Below are positions 27,844 to 37,228 of a stretch of 64,000 bases of DNA, one piece after another (the stretch's first letter is position 1; every line of letters begins with the position of its first letter). This stretch comes from an uncultured bacterium (GTDB lineage Bacteria; Fidelibacterota; Marinisomatia; SCGC-AAA003-L08; TS1B11). The stretch is taken from NCBI GenBank assembly GCA_965372015.1, contig CBDVAP010000002.1, positions 568-64,567 on the forward strand. Direction: 5' to 3'. Position numbers and translations under genes: made by a program. The notes below the pieces were generated by a model. The model saw only the letters and a program-made list of their open reading frames with translations, did no database searches and had not been told where the DNA came from.

Positions 27844-29046
27844 TCAGCCCTGGCCGGTAATCCAATCGAGGCCGCGCTTTAATCTGGCCGCCGGTTTGAG
27901 CTTGCGGGCAGCGGCCAAGGCCCGGCCCAGCCGTTCCAGTACCTCGTCCACTTGATCGGCTTCCATCGTCAAGGGCGGTAGCAACTGGCACACGGAGGGG
28001 TCGTTATTGGCATAAATCAGCAGTAAGTCCTGGTCATAGGCGGTCTTGGTGAGTAGCGGCCCTGAGATTTCGCCTTTGAGCTTCAGTCCCATCATCAGAC
28101 CCAGCTGGCGCAGTTCCAACAGGAATCGGGAGTGCTTGCGCTGCAACTCTACCACCCCGTCCCGGAACTGCCGCGCCAGGTAATTCACCTGCTCGAGAAA
28201 ACCGGCCTCCGACGATATTTCCAGCACCCGCTGGGCTAGCCGGCAACCAATCTCTGCGCCACCGAAGGTGGAAATGTGAATAAAGGGATCGGCATGGAAC
28301 ACCGCCTCCAGCGGTTCGCGCAGGACCGTGGCCGATATGGGATACAGCCCGCCCGATAGCCCTTTGCCCACAACTACAATATCAGGGAGCAGTTCAAAGT
28401 GTTCAAAGCCCCACAGTTTGCCGGTGCGCCCCAATCCGGTCTGCACCTCGTCCATGATCAGCAACACACCTCGTTCCCGGCAGAGGGTCTGCACCGATTG
28501 AAAATACCCTTTATCTGGGATCACCATCCCCAAGGTGGCCGGCACCGGCTCCAGGATCACGGCGGCGGTGTCTTCATCCATAGCGGCCGCCAAGGCATTG
28601 ATCCGGCCGAAAAGTACCTGCCGGAATCCCGGCGCGGTCGGTCCGAACACTCGCCGGTAGCGCAGGTCACCGGCTGCCAGGGCCAGGCCCGTATGGCCAT
28701 GATAACCCCCGTAGGCCGAAATGATGGTGCTGCGGCCGGTGTGGGCCCGGGCCACCTTGATGGCCAGGTCCACCGCTTCACCACCGCCCACCCCGAAAAC
28801 GGTGTAGTTCAGGTCGCCGGGCAACGACTTTGCCAGCGCCCTGGCCAGGTCCGCCCGGGCAGCACTCATCAGATGGTGATTGCCGATATCCAGATCATCG
28901 AGCGTGGACTTGAGCAGCTCGACCAGCTCGGTGTTCCGGTGTCCCAGGTTGAAGACACCGCCGTTGCAGTGCAGATTGAACAGCCGTTTTTTGCCGTCCA
29001 AGTCCCACAGCCAGGGTCCCTCCCGGCGGCCCATCACAAAGTCCAT
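27844..29046 (-). CDS. Class-III (PatA/ArgD-like) PLP aminotransferase; true start probably upstream of 29046
   Basis: GVFNLGHRN, GGYHGHT, LIMDEVQTGLGRTG and VVGKGLSGG (PLP Lys). The conserved-looking sequence LDAFRRHVSSGKADFFQRYG continues in frame upstream, without a canonical start codon. Confidence 0.85.
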   Translation of the reverse strand: MDFVMGRREGPWLWDLDGKKRLFNLHCNGGVFNLGHRNTELVELLKSTLDDLDIGNHHLMSAARADLARALAKSLPGDLNYTVFGVGGGEAVDLAIKVARAHTGRSTIISAYGGYHGHTGLALAAGDLRYRRVFGPTAPGFRQVLFGRINALAAAMDEDTAAVILEPVPATLGMVIPDKGYFQSVQTLCRERGVLLIMDEVQTGLGRTGKLWGFEHFELLPDIVVVGKGLSGGLYPISATVLREPLEAVFHADPFIHISTFGGAEIGCRLAQRVLEISSEAGFLEQVNYLARQFRDGVVELQRKHSRFLLELRQLGLMMGLKLKGEISGPLLTKTAYDQDLLLIYANNDPSVCQLLPPLTMEADQVDEVLERLGRALAAARKLKPAARLKRGLDWITGQG

Positions 29047-29546
29047 GCCGTAGCGCTGGAAAAAATCGGCCTTGCCAGAAGATACGTGCCGCCGGAATGC
29101 GTCCAGGGCAGCGGCCTTGGTGGGGGAAGGTGGGGTAGTTATTTCAGCCTCGGTGTTTGGTTTTAGTGCTAATAAGGCGGCTGGAAACTAAGATAGCGGC
29201 TCCCGGCGGCACAAGCAGCTCGGCCACCGGTAAGAATCTATAGAAATAAAGCACAGCCCCCAATGGCCGATAAGGAATGTCGTGGATGCTCAGAGCAAGA
29301 AGTATTTGAACGCTTTAATGCGGTTGGGGCGCAGAAAGAGCGCTGAACGGGAGCGTAGTCTTTCCGCTGCTGCAACGCATTTCTGCGATGCCATGCTGGC
29401 GGAACTCCAGGCTTCCTCCAGCCTGAGGACCGAGCCCGATGTGCTGAATTTCCCCGGCAACCTTATCCAACACTTTCGCTCCGGCGAACTACACTAAACT
29501 CAATCCGCATCGGTTACGGGCCAACGGGGATTCGTCTCTAGGAGGC

Positions 29547-31658
29547 CTACGGTTCCGCCTTCTCGGTGGGAATCAGGTGGATGCTGAAGGTGGTCCCCAC
29601 GCCCACCTCACTGTGGACTCCAATCTCGAAACCCATCGCCTGGCACAACGAGCGGGAAATAGCCAGCCCCAGGCCGGTGCCGCCGTATTTGCGGGCGGTG
29701 CCACTATCGGCCTGCAGAAACGCACCGAAAATCTTTTCCAGCCGGTCGGCCGGGATACCCACACCGGTATCCACCACATCGATCCGTTCCGGGCTGGCGT
29801 TTTCCGGGCCGGTATGGACCCTGATGGTGATATTGCCCTTTTCGGTAAACTTGATGGCATTTCCCACCAGGTTGATCAGCACCTGCTTCAGGCGAAACTC
29901 GTCCGCCGCCACCGGCGTCAATTCCGAAGGAATTTCAGATTCGAGCTTCAGCGGCTTGTGTTTTACCTGGCCCTCCATCTGGGCAATCACGCCGCCAATA
30001 ACCACGTCCAGGGAAACGGGCGCCATCTCCAGTTGCATCCGGCCGGCTTCGATCTTGGACAAGTCCAGGACATCATTGATCAGGTTCAGCAGGTGCCGGC
30101 CGTTTTCGGTGATGCGCTCGATGAAGGTTAGGTCCTTTGCCTTTAGGTGGCCGCCCTTGTTCTTAGCCAGGACATTGGCGAAACCGATCACCGAATTGAG
30201 CGGGGTCCGCAGCTCGTGGCTCATGTTGGCCAGGAACTCGCTCTTGGCCCGGGTGGCTTCCTCGGCTTCTTGCAGAGCTCCCTCTAAAACCATGGCGTTC
30301 AACTCCAGTTTCTGGGCATAATCGCTGAGCTTCTCCTCGGCTTTCACCCGCTCGCTGATGTCCATAAGAAACCCAACGAAAAGCACCCTATCCTCAAGAC
30401 GGATCTCGCTGACCGAAAGGTGTAGCGGCACCGTCGAAGAATCCCGGCGCACACCCAGAATTTCCCGTCCGATACCGATGATGTGGGCTTCGCCGGTTTT
30501 TAGGTAGCGCTGTAAGTAGCCGCGATGCTCCCGGCCGATATCAGCGGACATCAGCTGGGTTACATTCCGGCCGATAATCTCCTGGGCCTGATATCCGAAG
30601 ATCGCCTCCGCCCCCTGGTTGAACTCCTCGATAAGGCCCTCTTCATCGATTACCAGGATGCCGCTTACGGCAGTGTTCACAATCGCCCGGCTGCGGGCTT
30701 CGCTCTCGGCCAGGGCTTTTTCGAACTCGCGGCGTTCGGCCACCTCGGTGGTGAGTCGGTCCACCGCTTTCTCAGCTGTCCGGTAGGTGGTAATGTGATC
30801 CAGGACCAACCCCACGAAGGGCACCAGGTAAGCCATGATTTTAAGGAAATGGGCGATGTTGAAGTGGTTATCGAACAGCATGCTGGAACCGAAGGCCATA
30901 TGCGCCTGGGTGGTTACATGCGGAATTATGCTGATGATCAATGCGTGAGAGAACACTGACGGTACCCGCTGGTAAAAGCGGGGATAGATATACAGCCCCA
31001 GGAACAGGTAAAGCACCAGTGGGACCACGTCATACGGCCGGGTGATGAAACCCAGTAAGGGGTTATCGTGGAACTGGGTATTCGGCAGAATGGCTTGAAC
31101 GGCGGAGTAATGAATGATGGCATAGGCGATCAAGCCGATAACTACACTGGTGACCACCAGGAACCGTACACCTTCACCTCTGGGCTTGATCCGCCCAACC
31201 AGCAGCAGCCCTACGCCGGCGATCATGATCAGGGCGTTGAACAACCGGCAGATGGCCCAGGTGAAGGGGATCAGGTTGCGATTGTCCGCCACAGTCTCGA
31301 TCAGCCGGTCCGCCGCCAGGGTATGGAAAGCATCCATGGCCCCGGAAAAGAGCAGGGCCACCCCGATGATAGCGGTGGTGTAATTCCCGGTGAGCCGGTA
31401 GTGGTTCAGCGCTAGAAAGAAGATGAAGATGGCCGTCATAAAGGCGCTCCATTCCAGGAGCGTGTGGACAAAAGCGCCCGAGAGGGAATAAAAAAGCGCA
31501 TCAACCAGCTCATGGTCGGCCAGCAGCCCCAGGTCCCCGCTGGCCAGGGGCTCGGAATAGGTGCCGAAATCCACCCCCAAAAGGGTCAACAGTAGTGGCG
31601 TGATGCAGATAATCACAACCGCCAGTTGCAAGGGACGAGAAAGTTTCGTAACGACCAA
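29547..31658 (-). CDS. Sensor histidine kinase (multi-TM N-terminal domain, PAS, HisKA, HATPase)
   Basis: H-box MSHELRTPLNSVIGF, N-box NLVGNAIKFT, G-boxes DTGVGI and GGTGLGLAIS. About 8 hydrophobic helices at the N-terminus. TTG start. Confidence 0.85.
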   Translation of the reverse strand: MVVTKLSRPLQLAVVIICITPLLLTLLGVDFGTYSEPLASGDLGLLADHELVDALFYSLSGAFVHTLLEWSAFMTAIFIFFLALNHYRLTGNYTTAIIGVALLFSGAMDAFHTLAADRLIETVADNRNLIPFTWAICRLFNALIMIAGVGLLLVGRIKPRGEGVRFLVVTSVVIGLIAYAIIHYSAVQAILPNTQFHDNPLLGFITRPYDVVPLVLYLFLGLYIYPRFYQRVPSVFSHALIISIIPHVTTQAHMAFGSSMLFDNHFNIAHFLKIMAYLVPFVGLVLDHITTYRTAEKAVDRLTTEVAERREFEKALAESEARSRAIVNTAVSGILVIDEEGLIEEFNQGAEAIFGYQAQEIIGRNVTQLMSADIGREHRGYLQRYLKTGEAHIIGIGREILGVRRDSSTVPLHLSVSEIRLEDRVLFVGFLMDISERVKAEEKLSDYAQKLELNAMVLEGALQEAEEATRAKSEFLANMSHELRTPLNSVIGFANVLAKNKGGHLKAKDLTFIERITENGRHLLNLINDVLDLSKIEAGRMQLEMAPVSLDVVIGGVIAQMEGQVKHKPLKLESEIPSELTPVAADEFRLKQVLINLVGNAIKFTEKGNITIRVHTGPENASPERIDVVDTGVGIPADRLEKIFGAFLQADSGTARKYGGTGLGLAISRSLCQAMGFEIGVHSEVGVGTTFSIHLIPTEKAEP

Positions 31659-31873
31659 ATGGGTTCCTTTACTCCTGGCTACCGGTATTACCCGTTGTCC
31701 CCGGTAAAGATTGTATCAGGCCGAGAATGGACGGGTATACATCGGATATGATTTCGTTGGCAGGACTGGAGACCACCCGGTTGATCATTCGGACGAACCT
31801 GGCGGATGTCTTCTTGCAGCTGGAACGCGATTGGACCGCATGGTTCACGGCCCGGGCTGGTCACCCCACGGTT

Positions 31874-32248
31874 TCAGGCCTTACCCAGGAGTCGCTCGAT
31901 CTTTTCGATCAGTTCATCCTCGTCCATGATCGGCTTGGATTGGTACTCATCGAATCCCAGGGCCAGGTATTTATCCCGGTCGCCCGCCATGGCGTGGGCC
32001 GTGAGAGCAATCACCGGCAGGCTCTGTAGGTTCGCATCCGCCCGCAGGTGTTGTAGCACCTCCGGGCCATCCATCTCCGGCAGGGAAATGTCCAGCAGCA
32101 CGAGGTCCGGCCGCTCCCGTTTCATCCCCTCCAGTGCCTCCTTGCCGTCGGCATATTCCTGGATGTCGTAGATATCATCCAGCAAGGCCCGCACCAGCAA
32201 CCGGTTGTCCGGGTTATCCTCTACCACACAAACTTTTTTCATTGCCAT
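31874..32248 (-). CDS. Single-domain response regulator (CheY-like receiver)
   Basis: VCVVEDNPDNR...PDLVLLDISLPEMDG...ALTAHAM...KP. Confidence 0.9.
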   Translation of the reverse strand: MAMKKVCVVEDNPDNRLLVRALLDDIYDIQEYADGKEALEGMKRERPDLVLLDISLPEMDGPEVLQHLRADANLQSLPVIALTAHAMAGDRDKYLALGFDEYQSKPIMDEDELIEKIERLLGKA

Positions 32249-32376
32249 GATAATGCTCCCCTCAATCCCGGTTCCGGGAAAAGATTTTCCCTTTTTGGCC
32301 CGGAATGCTTACCAGGTTCCCCCCGGCCGGCAGAACTGGCTTCTAAACTTACGCGCTCATCGGCCGTGCAGTCCCA

Positions 32377-32562
32377 TCACCAGACGATGCCCTGTTCGCG
32401 GGCCTCCTTAAGGCATTCGGTTACCGCCTGCTTCAAGGGCACTGCCCCGAGCTCCTTGGCCGAAACACAGACCACTATTTTATCGGTATGATACTTGGAT
32501 ACTATGTCGCGCCGGAAGCCTTGGGCTAGCATTTCAACAAGTATTTCGGCCCTGGTAATCAT
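32377..32562 (-). CDS. Small hypothetical protein (61 aa)
   Basis: The ATG is preceded by aaggagga 5 nt upstream on the minus strand. The gene lies between the two receiver genes. No family was recognised. Confidence 0.4.
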   Translation of the reverse strand: MITRAEILVEMLAQGFRRDIVSKYHTDKIVVCVSAKELGAVPLKQAVTECLKEAREQGIVW

Positions 32563-32684
32563 TGATCCTCCTTGCCGAGCGGGGAAAATTTCTCCGGTTG
32601 CAGTTACTGGAATCTAATAATAATGATACCGCCAGGGGAAATTCTTTTGCGCTCCTGGCCGGTTTGTTACCAGTACTGGAGGTC

Positions 32685-33152
32685 TCAATTGAGCTTGACC
32701 GGAGATGGCAGCCCATTATAACCCAACCAGTAGTCGCCCAGGGCTCGCATCATTTTCGAGAATCCGTCGAAGGTAGTGGGTTTCACCAGGTAACCGTTGG
32801 CATAGTGATCATACGCCCGGCGCAGGTCGCTTTCAGCTTCGGATGTGGTCAGGATCACCACCGGAATCCAACGTGTGCTTCGCGAACCCTTCAGCCGTTG
32901 CAGTACTTCCAGCCCATCGATTCTGGGCAGTTGCAGGTCCAGGAGTACCAGGGAAGGCAGCCGCTCCTCACCACCGTTTGGCTCAAGAGCTGCGGCAATA
33001 TATTCCAGTGCGGCCTCACCGTCGAGCAGGTGAATCATTTGGGGCCTCGGTACGATCGTGGAAGCTGCCTTCATTATCAGTTCGGCGTGCGCAATATTGT
33101 CCTCGACCAGCAGTACCGGGCCTGAACGTTTCAGGTGATTATCGATGATCAT
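32685..33152 (-). CDS. Single-domain response regulator (receiver)
   Basis: LLVEDNIAHAELI...LVLLDLQLPRIDGLEVL...ILTTSEAESD...YLVKP. There is a 4-nt overlap with the upstream kinase gene. Confidence 0.9.
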   Translation of the reverse strand: MIIDNHLKRSGPVLLVEDNIAHAELIMKAASTIVPRPQMIHLLDGEAALEYIAAALEPNGGEERLPSLVLLDLQLPRIDGLEVLQRLKGSRSTRWIPVVILTTSEAESDLRRAYDHYANGYLVKPTTFDGFSKMMRALGDYWLGYNGLPSPVKLN

Positions 33153-35317
33153 TGCCCACCTCCTGCTTTGACCGGTAATAATACATAGAATCGGCTGCCT
33201 TCCCCAACCTCGGATTCCAGCCTGACTTGCCCTCCATGGCGATCGATAATCTTCTTGATCAGGGTCAGGCCTACCCCTTCACCGGCGGTAACAGAGGGGT
33301 TCATACGGTGGAACAGTTGAAACACTCGGTCGTTGTCCTCGGACGCTATGCCGATACCATTATCTTTCACGCAATACTCCACCAGCCCGTCGATCTGTAG
33401 ACCGCTAATCCTGATAACGCCGGACCGCTCGACGTCCAGGTACTTGAGGGCGTTGTCAAACAAGTTTGAAAACACCTGCCCGATCTGCAGCCGGTCGCCA
33501 TAACAAGATGGCAAATCCCCGATTTCTACCTTAACCCCCGCCTGTTCAATCCGGTAGGAAAAGCTGTGCATTATTTCACCCAGCAAGGCGCTCATATCCA
33601 ACTGCTGGATTTCGATGTCCATCTTGCCCAGGCGCATCAAACGCAACAGGCCGGAGATGAGCGATTCCATCCGACGGGCGCCCTTGCTGATATGCTCCAC
33701 GGCTTTACGGGTATCGATTTCCAGCAGGTGCTGCAATTGCCCGAGTGCCGCGTCCTTCTTACCCAGGCCACTGAGCGTTTCCACGGCCTGCTCGATGTTC
33801 CGATCGATCACACCGGCAAATCCGGCTATATTGACCAGTGGTGACCGCAAATCATGTGAACTGATGTGCACTATCTGCTCCAAGTCGGAATTCTTCGCCT
33901 CCAGGGATGTTAACAATCTTTCCCGTTCCTCTTCAGCCTCAAAACGTTTGGTAATATCCCTTGCTATGGATAATACAGCCGTGCGGCCGTCCAACGCGAA
34001 TAGATTGGCGTTTACCTCTACCGGTATTTCTCGGCCATCCTTAGTTACATGGACGGTTTCTAGATTGATCTGTTTTTTATGGAGCAGCCGTTTAAATCCC
34101 GCCTTAAGGGCTGCCGGTTCCAGTTTACTGATATCTGCAACTGTCAGGTTCAGCAACTCCTCCCGTGAATATCCCAGTCGCTGGCAGACAATATCATTGA
34201 CCTCGATAAATTTGCCGGGATCTTTCTCAGTAAGATGATAGACAAACAGGGCATCGTTGCCAATATTGAACAGCAGGCGATATCTGTTTTCGCTTTCTTT
34301 GAGAGCATTATCAGCATGTTTATGTTCGGTAATATCCCGCACGATTCCCAGCACCTCATTGTTACCCATTCGAACTTGCCGCGACTCGAAATATTTTTCC
34401 TCGCCGTCCAACGGCAGCATATATTCAAAAATCGCCGGCTCACCGGTAATAAGTGCTTCCTTCAATTTCCCCAAGGAACGGTCGGCAATATCCTCGGGTA
34501 ATATTTCGCGGATATTGCGGCCCAGGAACTGTTCCGGCGGGATCGGGGTTTCGAACTCGCCGCCAGGCTCGAATTCCAGGAATGTACCTTCTTTATCGAA
34601 GGTAAACAACCCATCAGGAATCGCATTTATCAAGGCCCGGTTCTTGGCCTCGCTCTTTTGCAGCCGGGCTACCGACCCTTCCAACCGGGCAATTATCGGA
34701 TTACTGACCTTAAGAAAGACCCAGCCCCCCAAGGCTATCACCAGCATAGCGATCACAGCGACGACCATACCTGCTCGCCAGAACGGTGCCCGTATCTCGG
34801 CCATGTCGATTTTGGCCACAATACCCAAGTCCAACTCGCCCACAGGCTCATAGGCCGCCAACACCAATTGGCCGCGATAATCCAGCCCCATCAGGGTACC
34901 GGAGGCCCCCGACAGCGCTAGCCGCATAGGCTCAGCCAATTCAGTATCAAAAGGCAGCGACCGGGGATATTCCAGGTCATAGTGCCGGTGACTCAGTAGA
35001 AATACAATCGAGTCGGCCGCCAGCTGCGCCAAGGTAAACTCTCCGGTCTCACCATATCCTTCGTGTTGGCTGTGGGCGTCCACAATCTGACTGATGGTGG
35101 CCTGGCGGGCGCCGGCCGGATAGTCGTGGCTATAGATCGCATCGAACCGGGCCACTGCTTCGATCAGCCGGGCTTGGGTCTGGGCCGTCTCTACCAAGTG
35201 GCGTTGTTCTTCAGTCACAGCCGCCATGTATAAAATACGGATGGCCGTAGCGGTGGTGATTATGGCAACCGCCACCATGATTGCTATTAAGACCAGGAAT
35301 CTTCTGCGTTCACTCAT
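33149..35317 (-). CDS. Sensor histidine kinase (TM, periplasmic sensor, TM, two PAS, HisKA, HATPase)
   Basis: SSHDLRSPLVNIAGF H-box; NLFDNALKY, DNGIGI and GEGVGLTLIKKI boxes. Confidence 0.85.
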   Translation of the reverse strand: MSERRRFLVLIAIMVAVAIITTATAIRILYMAAVTEEQRHLVETAQTQARLIEAVARFDAIYSHDYPAGARQATISQIVDAHSQHEGYGETGEFTLAQLAADSIVFLLSHRHYDLEYPRSLPFDTELAEPMRLALSGASGTLMGLDYRGQLVLAAYEPVGELDLGIVAKIDMAEIRAPFWRAGMVVAVIAMLVIALGGWVFLKVSNPIIARLEGSVARLQKSEAKNRALINAIPDGLFTFDKEGTFLEFEPGGEFETPIPPEQFLGRNIREILPEDIADRSLGKLKEALITGEPAIFEYMLPLDGEEKYFESRQVRMGNNEVLGIVRDITEHKHADNALKESENRYRLLFNIGNDALFVYHLTEKDPGKFIEVNDIVCQRLGYSREELLNLTVADISKLEPAALKAGFKRLLHKKQINLETVHVTKDGREIPVEVNANLFALDGRTAVLSIARDITKRFEAEEERERLLTSLEAKNSDLEQIVHISSHDLRSPLVNIAGFAGVIDRNIEQAVETLSGLGKKDAALGQLQHLLEIDTRKAVEHISKGARRMESLISGLLRLMRLGKMDIEIQQLDMSALLGEIMHSFSYRIEQAGVKVEIGDLPSCYGDRLQIGQVFSNLFDNALKYLDVERSGVIRISGLQIDGLVEYCVKDNGIGIASEDNDRVFQLFHRMNPSVTAGEGVGLTLIKKIIDRHGGQVRLESEVGEGSRFYVLLPVKAGGGQ

Positions 35318-35564
35318 TATCCGTCCTTCGCCTTCGCAAATGGTTGCATTGGAGGAGATTTACTTTACCTCCAACCCAGGCATAATGTAAGCAACTTTTC
35401 GGGTTCCGACTGCCAAGTAGAGCACATTCCACCGGTTTAACGCCAGCTTGCTTTTCCCAGCCTGATTTGTTACCTTCGCCCAACAGTCCTAAATTTAAGA
35501 AAGCATACGATTTTCCGCCATGCGATTATCAGTAGTAAGCCTAAGTCATGGAGCCGTGGAAATA

Positions 35565-37115
35565 ATGAATAAGCAGTATCTTATATTTATCAAGAGCTTA
35601 TTAATCGTTAGCGCTGCTTTCTCCCTGCTTTCCGCTGAGTCAAAGGTGTTGTTCTTAAAGTATTTTGATAGTGTGGGATCAGTAAATGTTTTCCAGATAC
35701 AGAAGCTCGAGAATGGTTGCATCATTCTCGGACACAAATCCCTTTCTGAAGGTGAGCATATGGGTTACTGGCTGGTGCGGACGGATGCGAACGGCGACAC
35801 CCTCTGGAGCAGCTTCCAAGGTGGTATCGGAGAGATAGCCGGTTATGACCTCCGCCAGACCCAGGACGGCGGCTTCGTGATTGCCGGGGTCACAACCGCT
35901 GATAGTGGTCAAACCCTGGATGTCTGGTTGGTGCGGACAGATGAGCACGGGACCCTACTTTGGTCTCGCAGCTACAGCCGTAGCGAGGATGACGAGGGCC
36001 TGGCGGTGATAGAAACCATTGACGGGAACTATATTGTCGCCGGGTTTACCATGAATGCTGAAATGGGGAGAGATCTCTGGCTACTAAAAATGAACTCGTC
36101 AGGCGATAGCTTGATGTCACGTATTTATGGTTTTGATGGTGTGCCCAGCCAACGGATTCTTTATCCCCAAAAACTTACGGTCACGGAAGCAGGCTTTCTC
36201 GTAGCCGGTTCAGCAGGCGGTAGTACCTTCATGACGGAGTTTGACGCGAACTTGGACACACTTTGGTCCCAAGTATTTTCGGGTGTCAGCACTCAGCATT
36301 TAGTTGGAACTGAAAATGGTTATTTGAGTTACGGGAGCTACTATAATGATCTTGACCATGAAACTCAGATTCACCTGGTATATATTGATCAAAATGGTAT
36401 GGAATTGCAGCGCTATTCACATTGGTTCCAAAATTCGCACCTGAATGTCTCAACCGCCTCTCTTGGTGACTTAATGTTCGGCGGTTATGTAACCACTTAT
36501 TTCAGAGATGATGGTCCCCTCATATTCATCCGTGTTGATCAGTATGCCAGCCCGATGTGGGAATTCACAGTTCAAACCGATCTAGCCCTAAAACCCGGTG
36601 CAATGGTTGAAACTGGCGTAGATACATTCATGGTGGCCGGTTACATATGGGATGAAGAAATGTCAAAAGGTATGTGGCTGATATCTTTTCGATATGACAG
36701 TACCCAAGCGGGCTTCGATACTACCATCATCGACACAACCATCATCGATACCACAATTATTGACACAACTATCATCGATACCACTTTGACAATTTATTAT
36801 CGGCCTAATCAGAACAAAGTTGCTCAATTCGCCCCCGTCCAATATCAGCTCTACCCCGGTCATCCCAACCCCTTCAACCCAACCACCACCCTCGGTTTCG
36901 ACTTGCCGGCAGCGACTTCCGTCACCCTGATGATCTACGACCTCACCGGCCGGGAGGTAGCCCGGCTGGCAGACGGTGGCTATCTGCCCGGCTATCACCA
37001 AGTGGTCTGGGATGGGAGAAATGCTTCCGGCCGGCTGCTACCCTCCGGGATATATATCGCCCGGTTGATAACACCCGAATACACCAAATCCATCAAGATG
37101 TTGCTACTGAAATAG
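35565..37115 (+). CDS. Secreted repeat (propeller-like) protein with a T9SS C-terminal sorting domain
   Basis: Signal MNKQYLIFIKSLLIVSAAFSLLSA. Recurring TDxxGDTLWS-type repeats. C-terminus HPNPFNPTTTLGFDLP...GIYIARLITPEYTKSIKMLLLK. Confidence 0.8.
   Translation: MNKQYLIFIKSLLIVSAAFSLLSAESKVLFLKYFDSVGSVNVFQIQKLENGCIILGHKSLSEGEHMGYWLVRTDANGDTLWSSFQGGIGEIAGYDLRQTQDGGFVIAGVTTADSGQTLDVWLVRTDEHGTLLWSRSYSRSEDDEGLAVIETIDGNYIVAGFTMNAEMGRDLWLLKMNSSGDSLMSRIYGFDGVPSQRILYPQKLTVTEAGFLVAGSAGGSTFMTEFDANLDTLWSQVFSGVSTQHLVGTENGYLSYGSYYNDLDHETQIHLVYIDQNGMELQRYSHWFQNSHLNVSTASLGDLMFGGYVTTYFRDDGPLIFIRVDQYASPMWEFTVQTDLALKPGAMVETGVDTFMVAGYIWDEEMSKGMWLISFRYDSTQAGFDTTIIDTTIIDTTIIDTTIIDTTLTIYYRPNQNKVAQFAPVQYQLYPGHPNPFNPTTTLGFDLPAATSVTLMIYDLTGREVARLADGGYLPGYHQVVWDGRNASGRLLPSGIYIARLITPEYTKSIKMLLLK
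36717..36789 (+). repeat. 15-nt (pentapeptide TTIID) tandem repeat, 4-5 copies, inside the CDS
   Basis: gat act acc atc atc gac aca acc atc atc gat acc aca att att gac aca act atc atc gat acc act. The copies differ only at synonymous positions. Confidence 0.9.
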
Positions 37116-37228
37116 TCAAGCGCATAATCCGCCGCAGGCGGGACTGCTGAAATAGGCCTGCCCTAAGCTTGACGAAGGAGGCTGGAGACTTGAGGCTAAG
37201 GACTGGGGGCTGGGGCGGCCGGCGAGTC

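Noticed and set aside
29282-29497. 71-aa + strand ORF between the aminotransferase and the histidine kinase
   Set aside because: It has no recognisable motif or ribosome-binding site, and it is Arg/Ser/Ala-rich as expected for random high-GC sequence. It is left uncalled, though it could be a real small protein.
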